Of a stretch of 64,000 nucleotides of DNA, positions 50,231 through 60,097 are shown one piece after another (positions within the stretch are counted from its first letter, which is position 1; every line of letters begins with the position of its first letter). The notes beneath the pieces are model-generated. The model did no database searches, was not told where the DNA came from, and saw nothing but the letters and a program-made list of their open reading frames with translations. This DNA is from Alphaproteobacteria bacterium (lineage in GTDB: Bacteria > Pseudomonadota > Alphaproteobacteria > UBA828). The stretch lies in the NCBI GenBank assembly GCA_963667785.2, contig CAXXMU010000006.1:1056001-1120000 (forward strand), read 5' to 3'. The translations under genes and the position numbers were made by a program.

Positions 50231-51505
50231 ATGACGCGCACCCTGTTCACCAACGTCAGCATCTACGACGGCAACGGCAAGAGGCCCTTTCGGGGCGAGG
50301 TGTCGATCCAGGGCAACCGCATCGAGAAGGTCGCGAGAAACGGCCAGAAGCTCTCCCGCCGGGGCGCCCAGGTGGTGGACGGCGACGGCGCCACGCTGAT
50401 GCCGGGGCTCGTCAACGCCCATTGCCACATGAGCTACACCGGGCCGGACTCGATGTCCGAGATCCCGCCCGAGGAGCACACGCTCATCACCATGCACAAC
50501 GCGCGCACGATCATCGATCACGGCGTGACGGCGGCGGTCGGCGCGGGCGCGGCCAAGCCCCGCCTCGACATCGTGATCCGGAACGAGATCGACGCCGGCC
50601 GCATCCCCGGCCCCCGCTACCGGGCCTGCTCGCCCGAGATCACCGTCACCGGCGGCCTCGGCGACCAGCGCATGCTGCACCACTACAAGAACGACCTCTC
50701 GCTCTTCGCCGACGGGCCGGAGGAGATCCGCCGCGCCTGCCGCGAGATGATCCGCGAGGGGGTGGACATCATCAAGCTCATGCCGTCGGGCGACCATCTG
50801 ATCCCCGGCGCCTGCGATGCGACCCAGAGCGCGATGGACGAGGACGAGATCGCCGCCGGCGCCCGCGTCGCCCATCAGCGGGGCCGCCGGCTCGCGGCGC
50901 ATGCACGCAACCCGGAATCGATCCGGCTCTGCATCAAGTACGGCATCGAGCTGATCTTTCACGCGACCTACGCGGACGAGGAATCCCTCGACCTGCTGGA
51001 AGAACACAAGAACAAGCACTGGGTCGTGCCGGCCATCGGCTTCACCCATGCGACCGCCTACGAGGCCGGCGACTTCGGCATCACGCCTGCCGAAGCGGAG
51101 TCATGGGGCTTCGTCCGCGAGCTCGAGATCGGGGCCGAGACGCTCAAGAAGATGCACGCGCGCGGCATCAAGGTGCTGCCCTTCGGCGACTACGGCTTCC
51201 CCTGGACGCCGCACGGCCAGATGGCGCGGGACTTCGAGCACTTCACCAACTATCTCGGCATGAAGCCTTACGAGATCCTGCGCGCCGCGACCCAGTACGG
51301 CGCCGAGGCCTTCGACGCGCCGGACGAGCTCGGGCGGATCAAGGCGGGCTATCTCGCCGACCTGCTGCTGATCGACGGCAATCCGCTGGCCGACCTGACG
51401 CTCTTCCAGGACGAGGCGAACATCCTGATGGTCATGAAGGACGGCGCCTATCACAAGCCGCCTCAGGCGCGGCAGAGGGTCGTGCAGCAGGCCGCGGCGG
51501 AATAG
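50231..51505 (+). CDS. Metal-dependent amidohydrolase (prolidase/imidazolonepropionase-like)
   Basis: PGLVNAHCH, DIIK, AAHA, IFHA, FGD, GYLADLLLIDGNP. Confidence 0.9.
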   Translation: MTRTLFTNVSIYDGNGKRPFRGEVSIQGNRIEKVARNGQKLSRRGAQVVDGDGATLMPGLVNAHCHMSYTGPDSMSEIPPEEHTLITMHNARTIIDHGVTAAVGAGAAKPRLDIVIRNEIDAGRIPGPRYRACSPEITVTGGLGDQRMLHHYKNDLSLFADGPEEIRRACREMIREGVDIIKLMPSGDHLIPGACDATQSAMDEDEIAAGARVAHQRGRRLAAHARNPESIRLCIKYGIELIFHATYADEESLDLLEEHKNKHWVVPAIGFTHATAYEAGDFGITPAEAESWGFVRELEIGAETLKKMHARGIKVLPFGDYGFPWTPHGQMARDFEHFTNYLGMKPYEILRAATQYGAEAFDAPDELGRIKAGYLADLLLIDGNPLADLTLFQDEANILMVMKDGAYHKPPQARQRVVQQAAAE

Positions 51506-51520
51506 GCCTGCGCGCTCGCG

Positions 51521-52693
51521 ATGGCGGCGCCGGAGAGGGAGACTCTGCTCGCCCGCGCGGAAGCGCTGATCCCCGTACTGCGCGAGCGCGCGCCTGCGGC
51601 CGAGAAGCTCAGGCGGATTCCCGACGAGACCATCGCCGACCTCATCGACAGCGGGCTCATCCGCGCGACCCTGCCCGCCCGCCTCGGCGGCGCCGAGGTG
51701 GACTACCGCACGATGATGGAGCTGGTGGCGCTCGTCTCCCGCGGCTGCGCCTCCACCGGCTGGGTCTACTGCAACCTCGCGAGCTGCACCTTCAAGCTCG
51801 CGCTCTGGCCCGCGCAGGCGCAGGACGAGATCTGGGACGCGGACAAGGACGCGCTGCTCACCGGCAACCTGATCTTCCCCTGCGGCAAGGCGACACGGAC
51901 CGAGGGCGGCTATCGCCTCAGCGGGCGCTGGCCCTTCGGCAGCGGCATCGACCATGCCTGCGCCAACTTCTTCGCCGCCATGGTGGTCGACAAGGAACCG
52001 CAGGAGTTCCGCCTCTTCCTGGTGCCGAAGGGCGAGTACACCGTCCTCGACACATGGCACGCCTCCGGCCTGCGCGGCACCGGCAGCAACGACGCGGCGG
52101 TGGACAACCTGTTCGTACCCGCCTACCGCACGATCGACGCGGCGGCGACGCGCAGCGGCGCGGCACCCGGCAACGCGGTGAACACCGGCGCGGTCTATCG
52201 CCTGCCGCTCTTCGCCATGTTCTTCACCTGGGTCGGCGCCGCCGTGCTGGGCATCGCCGAGGCGGCGGTGGAGGGCTATGTGGAGGCCACCCGCACCCGC
52301 GCCGCGCACTATTCCGGGCAGCGCATCGCCGAGCTCGGCACCATCCAGGTGAAGATCGCCGAGGCCCGGTCTGCGGTGGCGGCGGCCAGGCGCATCTATC
52401 TCGGCAACTGCGACGAGGCGAAGGCGATCGCGGAGACGGGCGCGCTGCCGGATGAAGAGACCCGCGCCCGCTACCGGGCCGAGGGTGCCTTTGCGGCCAA
52501 GCTCTGCTGCCAGGCGGTCGACCTGATCGTGGCGGCGAGCGGCGGCGGCGGCGTCTACGACCGCAACCCCCTCTCCCGCGCCTTTCGCGACATCCACGCA
52601 GGCGCCGCCCACATCACCCAGACCTGGGACCCCAACGCCGTCACCTACGGCCGGCTCTCTCTCGGGCTCGAGACCGACAACCCGCTGCTTTGA
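51521..52693 (+). CDS. Flavin-dependent monooxygenase, acyl-CoA dehydrogenase fold (HsaA-like)
   Basis: CASTGW, GRWPFGSG, WHASGLRGTGSND, RAFRDIHAGAAH. Confidence 0.9.
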   Translation: MAAPERETLLARAEALIPVLRERAPAAEKLRRIPDETIADLIDSGLIRATLPARLGGAEVDYRTMMELVALVSRGCASTGWVYCNLASCTFKLALWPAQAQDEIWDADKDALLTGNLIFPCGKATRTEGGYRLSGRWPFGSGIDHACANFFAAMVVDKEPQEFRLFLVPKGEYTVLDTWHASGLRGTGSNDAAVDNLFVPAYRTIDAAATRSGAAPGNAVNTGAVYRLPLFAMFFTWVGAAVLGIAEAAVEGYVEATRTRAAHYSGQRIAELGTIQVKIAEARSAVAAARRIYLGNCDEAKAIAETGALPDEETRARYRAEGAFAAKLCCQAVDLIVAASGGGGVYDRNPLSRAFRDIHAGAAHITQTWDPNAVTYGRLSLGLETDNPLL

Positions 52694-52729
52694 CCCCGCC
52701 CGTCGCGGCGGCTGCGCAGGCGCGACCGA

Positions 52730-53359
52730 TCAGGGGCGCTTCAGCGCCGGAAAGCCGGGGTATTCCGAGAAGTGGTCGCCCGCATGGTTCGCCATCCCCG
52801 GCTTGGTGAGGCATCCGCGTGGCGGGGCGTAGCTCTCGATGCGCCGCGCCGGCTTCTCGCACCAGCGCAGGTTGAAGGCGGCGAAGGTGGGGAAGAACGC
52901 CATGTCGGAATAGGGCAGGTTGTCGTGTATCCACCAGGCCATGGCCTGCCAAGGCGTGCCCGCCTCGTAGCGGGGGATGAACCAGGGGATGACGACGCAG
53001 GCGGTCGCCCCCATGTGGCCCTCGTCGTCCCGCCGGTCCCACACGTGGCGGGCGTGATTCCAGGTGGTCTCGCCGCAGTTGTAGCCCCTGTGACTGCGCT
53101 CGTGACCGAAGCTGTTGACCTCGACGGAGCGGAAGGCGGAGCGGATCGAGACGTGGCCGAAGGTGGCGTGCAGGGGCTCCAGCAGCTCCTCGCAGAGCCG
53201 GGTCCCGGCCTCGACGGCGAGGTCGGGGTCGTCGGGAATGTTGGGGATCCCGTGGAAGTTCGCGATCTCGCTGTAGAGCATCTCGCGCATGAAGAAGTGC
53301 TCGGAGAGCCGCACCCGGCCGAGCGTCTCGAGGGCCTTCATGGAACCGGGCTTGCGCAT
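52730..53359 (-). CDS. Conserved hypothetical protein, peptidase M15-like fold
   Basis: RLSEHFFMREMLYSE, LCEELLEPL, IRSAFRS; GGGAG RBS. Confidence 0.7.
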   Translation of the reverse strand: MRKPGSMKALETLGRVRLSEHFFMREMLYSEIANFHGIPNIPDDPDLAVEAGTRLCEELLEPLHATFGHVSIRSAFRSVEVNSFGHERSHRGYNCGETTWNHARHVWDRRDDEGHMGATACVVIPWFIPRYEAGTPWQAMAWWIHDNLPYSDMAFFPTFAAFNLRWCEKPARRIESYAPPRGCLTKPGMANHAGDHFSEYPGFPALKRP

Positions 53360-53610
53360 GGGATGCTCCCTCCGAATTCGGCGTCCTTCGGGCGCACTCG
53401 CGCCCGATGGAACGCCGGGGCCGAGAAGGGCACAGCATAGCGGGCCGATCGGCGGCGGCGCACGGCCGTCGCACCACATCGGCCATGGAATCGCTTCCCG
53501 CAATCCGTGTATAGTGGCCGGTGAGGAGGTTCGCGGGGGACCCTGCCGCGGAGACGAGCGGTGCCCCCCGCGAGGCGCTCGACGTTGTCGAAGTAAAGGG
53601 GAGGCACAGC

Positions 53611-54804
53611 ATGAGCGAGAAGTGGGGTATTCCGGACATATCGCGACGCGACGTGCTTAAGGGCACGGCGGCGACCGCGGCGGTGGCCGCCGCCGGATCG
53701 CTTGCCGCGACCCGGGGGGCGCAGGCGGCGTCCACCACGGTCAAGGGCTACGGCGTCACCACGTCGCAGCTCAAGGACTGGTCGATCATGGAGAAGGCCA
53801 TCGGCATCACGATGGAATTCACCGGGACCAATGCCGACATCGGCACATACATGCGGGACGTGATCTCGAACGATCTTGGCGAGACCCACGACATCTTCAT
53901 CTTCGACGGCGGCACCGAGGACATTCTGGGGCCGCAGGGCTACTACGCCACGGTCATCGAGGACCATCCGAACCTCTCGCTCTGGGCGCGGACCTCCGAC
54001 GACTGGAAGCGCACCGACCTGTTGCAGGACTATGACGGCAACCAGTACGGCGTGCCGGTCATCGGCAATGCGGACAGCTTCGGCTACTTCCCGGAGGCGA
54101 TCGGGGCGAATCCAGAGGGTCTCGACGAGATTCCCTGGAGCAAGATGATGGAGGATGAGGACACCAAGGGTCGCGTCTCGCTCGACCGCAGCTGGCTGCT
54201 GTCGAGCCCCGAGGTCGGCCTCTACCTCAAGGCCAACGGCCGGGCCGAGATCGAAGACGTCGCCAACATGACCGGCGAGGAGGCCCGCGTGGTCGCGGAC
54301 TTCGCGGCCGATCGCAAGCGCGCCGGCCAGTTCCGCTCGCTGCACGCGGCCTTCGAGGAGCAGGTTCAGCTCCTCAGCAACCGCGAGATCGACCTGATCA
54401 ACTGCTGGGAGCCTGCCACCAAGGAGGCCAACAACATCCTCGGCCCCGGCACGGTGATCTACGCCTTCACGGTCGAGGGCTATTACAAGTGGGGCCACGG
54501 CGCCTACATGCACACCAAGGCCGGCGAGCGCGACAACGTCGACAACATCTACAAGGTCCTCAACTACTACATGACCGGCGAGTACCGCGCCTATCAGGCG
54601 ATCCAGCGCGGCTACGCCGGGCCCAACATGGACCTCGGCGTTCAGTTCGCGCAGGAGAACGGCTGGCCGGAGGAGCAGGTCGAAGAGCTCAAGTGGACCG
54701 AGATCAAGGTCAACAAGAAGTTCGAGAAGCCCTTCTTCGGCAAGCCCGCGGCGCCGAACGCCGACGTCATGGAAGAGGAGTGGCAGCGGTTCCTGAACGC
54801 CTGA
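53611..54804 (+). CDS. PotD/PotF-like extracellular solute-binding protein with Tat signal
   Basis: SRRDVLK twin-arginine motif, YGVP, EGY.KW; followed by two PotB/PotC-like permeases. Confidence 0.85.
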   Translation: MSEKWGIPDISRRDVLKGTAATAAVAAAGSLAATRGAQAASTTVKGYGVTTSQLKDWSIMEKAIGITMEFTGTNADIGTYMRDVISNDLGETHDIFIFDGGTEDILGPQGYYATVIEDHPNLSLWARTSDDWKRTDLLQDYDGNQYGVPVIGNADSFGYFPEAIGANPEGLDEIPWSKMMEDEDTKGRVSLDRSWLLSSPEVGLYLKANGRAEIEDVANMTGEEARVVADFAADRKRAGQFRSLHAAFEEQVQLLSNREIDLINCWEPATKEANNILGPGTVIYAFTVEGYYKWGHGAYMHTKAGERDNVDNIYKVLNYYMTGEYRAYQAIQRGYAGPNMDLGVQFAQENGWPEEQVEELKWTEIKVNKKFEKPFFGKPAAPNADVMEEEWQRFLNA

Positions 54805-54829
54805 CTGCGCCATTCGTGATGTGACCAAG

Positions 54830-54884
54830 GCCCCGGTGCGCCCCGCGAACATCCTCGCACGGCGCGCCGGGGCTCTTTGTTTGT
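54830..54884 (+). terminator. Intercistronic hairpin with T-rich tail after the solute-binding gene
   Basis: GCCCCGGTGCGCC ... GGCGCGCCGGGGC followed by TCTTTGTTTGT. Confidence 0.6.
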
Positions 54885-54893
54885 CGGCGATCG

Positions 54894-55814
54894 ATGTCTG
54901 ATTCGGCGGGAAGCGGCTTCGTCGGTGACCTCCGGGCCGGCTACACCCGGATTTTCTCGGGCGGCTGGGTGGTGCCGGTGTTCGTGGCGGCGTGGGTGAT
55001 CATCGTCATCCTGCCGCTCCTCGTCATGATCTCCTACAGCTTCTTCGAGATGAAGAACTACCAGGTGTCCTACGACGCCTCGTTCAAGACGTGGGACTCC
55101 CTGATCGATTCCGGGCGTTGGATCGCAGGCGTTCGCACGCTCCGCGTCGTGCTCATGATGACGGTCATCGAGTTCCTGATCGCATTCCCCTTCGCGCTGT
55201 GGCTTGCCAAGACGTGCAAGTCGAAGGTGACCAAGGCGGTCATCATCACACTGCTCACCATCCCGTTCTTCCTCGATCCCTCCTCGCGAACCATCATCTG
55301 GCGCGCCATCCTCGGCAAGAACGGCATCATCAACACCGTTCTCATGGAGCTCGGCATCATCAGCGAGCCGATGGAGTGGATGCTGTTCTCGGAATTCGCG
55401 GTCCACTTCGGGATGCTCGCGCCCTACTTCCCGACGATGGTGTTCCCCATCTTCCTGGTGGTGAGCCTCATCGACGACCACTATCTGGAGGCAAGCCGCG
55501 ACCTCGGCGCGAGCAAGTTGCACACGCTCTTCTACATCATCCTGCCGCTGTCGCTGCCGGGCATCGTCGCCGGCGCCGTCTTCACCATGGTGCCGCTCAT
55601 GGCGACGTGGGTGGAGCCGGAGATGCTGGGGGGCGGCTTCGTCAACCTGCTCGGACCATCGGTGGAAGCGGCGATCCGGAATCTGAAGTACCCGACCGCG
55701 GCCGCGCTTTCGGTCTTCGTCATCATCGTGCTCGCGCTGCTGCTGACGCTGCTGATTCTGGCGACGCGGCGTTTGGGTTCCATCGGCGATGTCTTCCAGA
55801 CGCTGCGGCGGTGA
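54894..55814 (+). CDS. ABC permease (PotB-like)
   Basis: NGIINTVL, LEASRDLGA, LPLSLPGI. Confidence 0.9.
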   Translation: MSDSAGSGFVGDLRAGYTRIFSGGWVVPVFVAAWVIIVILPLLVMISYSFFEMKNYQVSYDASFKTWDSLIDSGRWIAGVRTLRVVLMMTVIEFLIAFPFALWLAKTCKSKVTKAVIITLLTIPFFLDPSSRTIIWRAILGKNGIINTVLMELGIISEPMEWMLFSEFAVHFGMLAPYFPTMVFPIFLVVSLIDDHYLEASRDLGASKLHTLFYIILPLSLPGIVAGAVFTMVPLMATWVEPEMLGGGFVNLLGPSVEAAIRNLKYPTAAALSVFVIIVLALLLTLLILATRRLGSIGDVFQTLRR

Positions 55815-55824
55815 GGCTCCGGCG

Positions 55825-56700
55825 ATGAGCGAGCGCGCACAGCACAGGATGGCGGCCACCATCGACGACCAGATCGGCCACGGCGGGGCGCTCTTCTGGC
55901 GACGGCTGTCGGCGTGGCGGCTCTGGACCGCGCTCGCCAAGTGGCTCGGGCTGATCGTCATCCTGCTGATGTACATCCCGCTGGTCTGGCTCGCCGTGAT
56001 GTCGTTCAGCGGCAAGCCGCTCTCGGGTATCCCCTACCCGCTCACCATGGAGCACTACGACGAGCTCTTCTCTGCCTTCAACAAGTGGGGAGAGCCGCTC
56101 TACGAGAGCATCGCCATGGGCGTCGTCGTCGGCATCGTCTGCATGATCGTGGCCACTGCCGTCGGCCGCGCGATGCCCAGGATGCGCAAGCCCGGCGGCG
56201 TCATCCTGATCGCCCTCATTCCCCTCTTCGTGCCGGGGCTCACCATGGGGGCGGCACTCTTCATCTCCATCCGCTCCTTCCTCGACCTCAGGCTGGGTCT
56301 CTGGTCGATCTTCGTCGGCCATCTGGTGTGGTCGCTGCCCTTCTCGTTGCTGCTGGTTCTGATCATCGCAACACGTTTCGACCACCGCCTGCTGGAGGCG
56401 GCACAGGATCTCGGCGCCACCTCGTGGCGGCGCTTCTGGGACATCGAGTTTCCCATCCTGCGCCCCGGCATCATCGGCGCCGGCATCTTCGGCTTCCTGC
56501 TCTCCTTCAACGAGCTGCTGCGCTCGATCTTCCTGCGCGGCTCCGAGACGACGATGCCGATCTACAACTGGACCATGACCGCATCGCACCAGTCGCAGGT
56601 GCCGATCATCTTCTCGCTGTCGACGATCATCCTGGCCGTCACGCTGCCGATCCTCGGCGGCTTCTTCTGGCTGCTGTTCGCGAAGCTCGACCGCAGCTGA
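55825..56700 (+). CDS. ABC permease (PotC-like)
   Basis: YIPLVWL..MSF, LEAAQDLGA, FLLSFNE. Confidence 0.9.
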   Translation: MSERAQHRMAATIDDQIGHGGALFWRRLSAWRLWTALAKWLGLIVILLMYIPLVWLAVMSFSGKPLSGIPYPLTMEHYDELFSAFNKWGEPLYESIAMGVVVGIVCMIVATAVGRAMPRMRKPGGVILIALIPLFVPGLTMGAALFISIRSFLDLRLGLWSIFVGHLVWSLPFSLLLVLIIATRFDHRLLEAAQDLGATSWRRFWDIEFPILRPGIIGAGIFGFLLSFNELLRSIFLRGSETTMPIYNWTMTASHQSQVPIIFSLSTIILAVTLPILGGFFWLLFAKLDRS

Positions 56701-56799
56701 CGCCCATCCCTGCCCTTCCTCCCCCTCCCCGCTCTTGCGGCTGCGGGGGCATTTGGCTAGGGTCCGCCGCGTGGCCGGCGCCCGGGTGCCGGCCCGTGC

Positions 56800-56876
56800 G
56801 CGCTCGTAGCTCAGCTGGATAGAGCACCAGACTACGAATCTGGGGGTCGGGGGTTCGAATCCTCCCGAGCGCGCCA
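56800..56876 (+). tRNA. tRNA-Arg (anticodon ACG)
   Basis: 77 nt cloverleaf: acceptor GCGCTCG/CGAGCGC, anticodon loop CTACGAA, GGTTCGAATCC T-arm, encoded CCA. Confidence 0.97.
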
Positions 56877-56931
56877 CCTCGACCCGCTGCGGTCTGCCGA
56901 TGTTGCACCGGCCGGTGCGGGCGGTGCGGCG

Positions 56932-58041
56932 TCAAGTCACGACCCGCACCTCACCCGCGTCGAGTGCGGGCAGCCTGGCCGGATCGAAGGGCGAGAGATC
57001 CACGGCGCGGCTCTCGCCATCGGCGATCAGCGCGGCGATCGCCTCGCCCGTGGCCGGGCCGTTCAGCATCCCCCACACGCTGTGACCCGTCGCCACGTAG
57101 GCGCCCGCGACACCGGCGACCGCGCCGATGAGCGGCAGTCCGTCCTCGACGACCGGTCGATAGCAGGCCTGCGCGGCCAGCACGTCCGCGCCGCCGAGGT
57201 CCGGCGCGAATTGCGCGGTCATGGCGCGAAGCCTGGCTGAGCCGTCGTCGTCCGGCGCCACCGCGGCCGGGTCCACGGGCAACGGCGCCTCGCTGGAGAG
57301 GCCGCAGACATAGGTCGTGCCGTCGGGCCGGGGAAAGACCTCCGGCGAGGCGAGGGTGCCCGCCTCGGTCTCAAGCTCCACGAAGAGCGCGCACGGCTCC
57401 GGCGCGGGCGCGTAGCGGAAGACCAAGCTGTGCCCCTTCAGGCCGTAGACCGCAGGCAGCGGCAGCCAGCGGCTCGCCATCACCGACCAGGGGCCCATGG
57501 CGATGACGACCGCGTCGCCCGCGACCTCTTGCCCGTCCACCATTGCGCCCCGCACGGCCCCGTCGACAGCGCGCGCCACGCCGGTGACGGTGCCCATCAT
57601 GAGCCGCGCACCGCGCGCGATCGCCGCCCGCATCAGGGCGCCGGTGAAGGCGGCAGGCGCCACCTGGGCCGTGGTCTCGGCGGTGCCGAGCCTGGCATGG
57701 ACCGCCGCGCCCTCCGCCAGCCAGTCGGGCGCGGGGAGCTTGCGGTAGAAGCCCACGTCGCGGCGTGCGCTGGCAACGACACCGATGGTGTCGAGCCTGC
57801 GGTATCCCCAATCGTCGTCGATGCGGTCGGCGAGCTCGGCATGCAAGGCGAAACTGCGCCGTGCCAGCGGCTCCGCGGCGGAGCCGTCGCACCAGTCGAG
57901 CGCCAGGAACCCGCCGGACTTGCCCGAAGCCGCGTTGGCAATGCCGGTGCGCTCGATCACCATGGCCTCGATCCCGCGCTCGGCCAGGAAGTACGCGCAC
58001 GCCGCGCCGATCACGCCGCCGCCGCAGATCAATACGCGCAT
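56932..58041 (-). CDS. FAD-dependent oxidoreductase (DAO/glycine oxidase family)
   Basis: ICGGGVIG, AASGKSGG, CYRP..DGLPLIG, ATGH..WG. Confidence 0.9.
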   Translation of the reverse strand: MRVLICGGGVIGAACAYFLAERGIEAMVIERTGIANAASGKSGGFLALDWCDGSAAEPLARRSFALHAELADRIDDDWGYRRLDTIGVVASARRDVGFYRKLPAPDWLAEGAAVHARLGTAETTAQVAPAAFTGALMRAAIARGARLMMGTVTGVARAVDGAVRGAMVDGQEVAGDAVVIAMGPWSVMASRWLPLPAVYGLKGHSLVFRYAPAPEPCALFVELETEAGTLASPEVFPRPDGTTYVCGLSSEAPLPVDPAAVAPDDDGSARLRAMTAQFAPDLGGADVLAAQACYRPVVEDGLPLIGAVAGVAGAYVATGHSVWGMLNGPATGEAIAALIADGESRAVDLSPFDPARLPALDAGEVRVVT

Positions 58042-58199
58042 GTGAGCCTCCCGGCTTGCAACTGCGGGCACGAGGCGGGGAACAGCGCTTCTCCCGTCGG
58101 GCCGGCGAGTTCGAGCTTGCGTCGCCGCCGCCGCGCTTGCAAACGCGCATCGGCCGGCTACAGTCGGCGCCCCTTCGACCGATAGATGGAGCGACACCC

Positions 58200-58583
58200 A
58201 TGCTCAGCCGCGAGGAACTGATCGCGCTCGTCGAGGACGCCTACTTCTCCAATGTCGACAGCAAGAACCTCGAGCCCGCGGTCGCGTGCTTCGCGGAGGA
58301 TGCGGAGCTCCGCATCCAGTCGGCCCACGTCAGCCATGTCGGCCACGATCAGATCGGCCGCATGTTCCGGGACTTCATGGCCGCGACCAAGATCATCTAC
58401 CACGGCGACTTCAGCCACGTCGTCGACGTCGACAACCAGTGGATCGCCTCGCAGTTCGTCGCCCGCAACGACTACGACGACGGCCGTCACGTCGAGATGC
58501 GCAACTGCAACTTCTTCCAGGTCGAGGACGGCCGCTTCAAGCGCGTGACGATCTACATGACCGACGAGAACCCGCTGGTCTGA
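58200..58583 (+). CDS. NTF2/SnoaL-like protein
   Basis: YFSNVD..CFAEDA..NCNFFQVEDGRFKRVTIY; 127 aa. Confidence 0.82.
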   Translation: MLSREELIALVEDAYFSNVDSKNLEPAVACFAEDAELRIQSAHVSHVGHDQIGRMFRDFMAATKIIYHGDFSHVVDVDNQWIASQFVARNDYDDGRHVEMRNCNFFQVEDGRFKRVTIYMTDENPLV

Positions 58584-58626
58584 CCCGGCGCCGCCCGCCC
58601 GGCTGGCCGGCACTCCCGGTCACGGT

Positions 58627-59022
58627 CTACGCCGCTTCTTCGGGGAGCGGGCGCGGACGGCCCTCCTCGTCGATCGCGACATAGATGAAGGTGCCCTCGG
58701 TGACCCTGACCTCCGTGGGACCGCGCCGCCGCCGCGCCCAGGTCTCGATGGCGACGGTGATCGAGGTCCGCCCGCTTTTGACCACCCGGGCGTAGCAGGT
58801 CACGAGGTCGCCGACGGCGATGGGCGCGTGGAAGCGCATCGCCTCCACCGCCACCGTGACCGTGCGACCGCCGGCGCGCCCGGCCGCCGCAACGCCGCCC
58901 GCCAGGTCCATTTGCGCCAGCACCCAGCCGCCGAAGATGTCGCCGTTGGGGTTGGCATCGGCGGGCATGGCCAACGTCCTGAGCGCGGGCTCCATATCCG
59001 GTGGGCGGGCGGTCTCGGTCAT
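58627..59022 (-). CDS. yciA: Acyl-CoA thioesterase (hotdog fold)
   Basis: AMPADANPNGDIFGGWVLAQMDLAG, GRTSI, FIYVAID. Confidence 0.92.
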   Translation of the reverse strand: MTETARPPDMEPALRTLAMPADANPNGDIFGGWVLAQMDLAGGVAAAGRAGGRTVTVAVEAMRFHAPIAVGDLVTCYARVVKSGRTSITVAIETWARRRRGPTEVRVTEGTFIYVAIDEEGRPRPLPEEAA

Positions 59023-59041
59023 GAGTCAAGCCTTCCGCTGT

Positions 59042-60097
59042 TCACGTGGTTGCCAGACGGCCTTTCCGCCAGGCGCGGATATAGGCCATGCAGTGCTCGT
59101 CCCGCCCGAGCAACACGTCCTCGGCGAGTTGGTAGCGGGGATCAGTGCGGTCGATGGCGAGGATCGCCTCGGGCGGGCTCGCCACCGGGTCCATGATGGC
59201 GCCGTCGGCGCCGGCGTCTACCGCAAGCAGGATGAACATCTCGTTGAGCAGCGTGCGAGCCGGCAGCCCGAACGAGACGTTGCTCATGCCGCCGGTGATG
59301 TGGATGTCATCGCCGAAGCGGGCACGAAGCGCGCGGATCGCGTCGAGGCAGTGACGGCCATAGCGGGAATCCACCGAGATCGGGAAGACCAGCGGGTCGA
59401 TGTAGAGATCGCCCGGTCCGAAGCCCCTGGCGAGCGCCGCCTCCACCATGCGCGCAGCATTCTCCACCCGCGCATCGGCGCCGTCCGGCATCCCCCGCTC
59501 GCCGGCGGCCGTCACTACCACGCGGCAGTCGTGCGCCCGTGCGAGGTCGAGCGCCTCCAGCCGCTCCAGCGAGGCCGAGTTGAGCATCGGGCGCGCGCGC
59601 GCCGGCGCGATGGCTTCCAGGCCCGCGCGGATCACGTCGACGCTCGAGGAATCGATGGAGAGCGGGAGCGCGGTCATTCCCTGGACCGTCCTGGCGAGCC
59701 AGGCCATGGCGCCGGTCTGGACGCCGAGCTTGGGCGAGATCTCGTCCACGTTGAGGTCGAGGAAGGCCGCGCCGGCGCGCTCCTGATGGCGGACCAGCGC
59801 CTCGATGTAGCGCAGGCCCTCGGCCGCATCGCCCGGCGGATCGCTGGCCGCCGTTTCCATCGCGGTCTCGATCGCGACCTGGACGTGCTTGACCCGCCCC
59901 TCCTCGTAGTCCTTGGTCCGCTTCGCCGCCTCCGTCACCGGGAGTGCCCGCTCCTCGCCGTCTGCGCTGCGGTAGAGGATCGCCTCGGCGCCGTCGCGCT
60001 CGGCGATGCGCTTGCCCTTGCGCAACGCCACGCGCGTGCAGTGGATATTCTCGCCGATGACGGTGAGCGCCGGCCGAGTGCTAAGCCCTGCGGTCAT
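59042..60097 (-). CDS. Pterin-binding methyltransferase (methylcobalamin:tetrahydrofolate, AcsE/MetH-pterin-like)
   Basis: VIGENI, FLDLNV, LSIDS, MLNS, YIDPLVFP, GGMSNVSFGLP. Confidence 0.88.
   Translation of the reverse strand: MTAGLSTRPALTVIGENIHCTRVALRKGKRIAERDGAEAILYRSADGEERALPVTEAAKRTKDYEEGRVKHVQVAIETAMETAASDPPGDAAEGLRYIEALVRHQERAGAAFLDLNVDEISPKLGVQTGAMAWLARTVQGMTALPLSIDSSSVDVIRAGLEAIAPARARPMLNSASLERLEALDLARAHDCRVVVTAAGERGMPDGADARVENAARMVEAALARGFGPGDLYIDPLVFPISVDSRYGRHCLDAIRALRARFGDDIHITGGMSNVSFGLPARTLLNEMFILLAVDAGADGAIMDPVASPPEAILAIDRTDPRYQLAEDVLLGRDEHCMAYIRAWRKGRLATT

Noticed and set aside
56800-56876. tRNA-Arg as an integration site, with a short 3'-end match near 18264
   Set aside because: No integrase nearby; the 13 bp match lies inside hyuB coding sequence and is plausible by chance
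59042-60097. Dihydropteroate synthase
   Set aside because: SNVSFGLP motif and corrinoid operon context fit a pterin-binding methyltransferase
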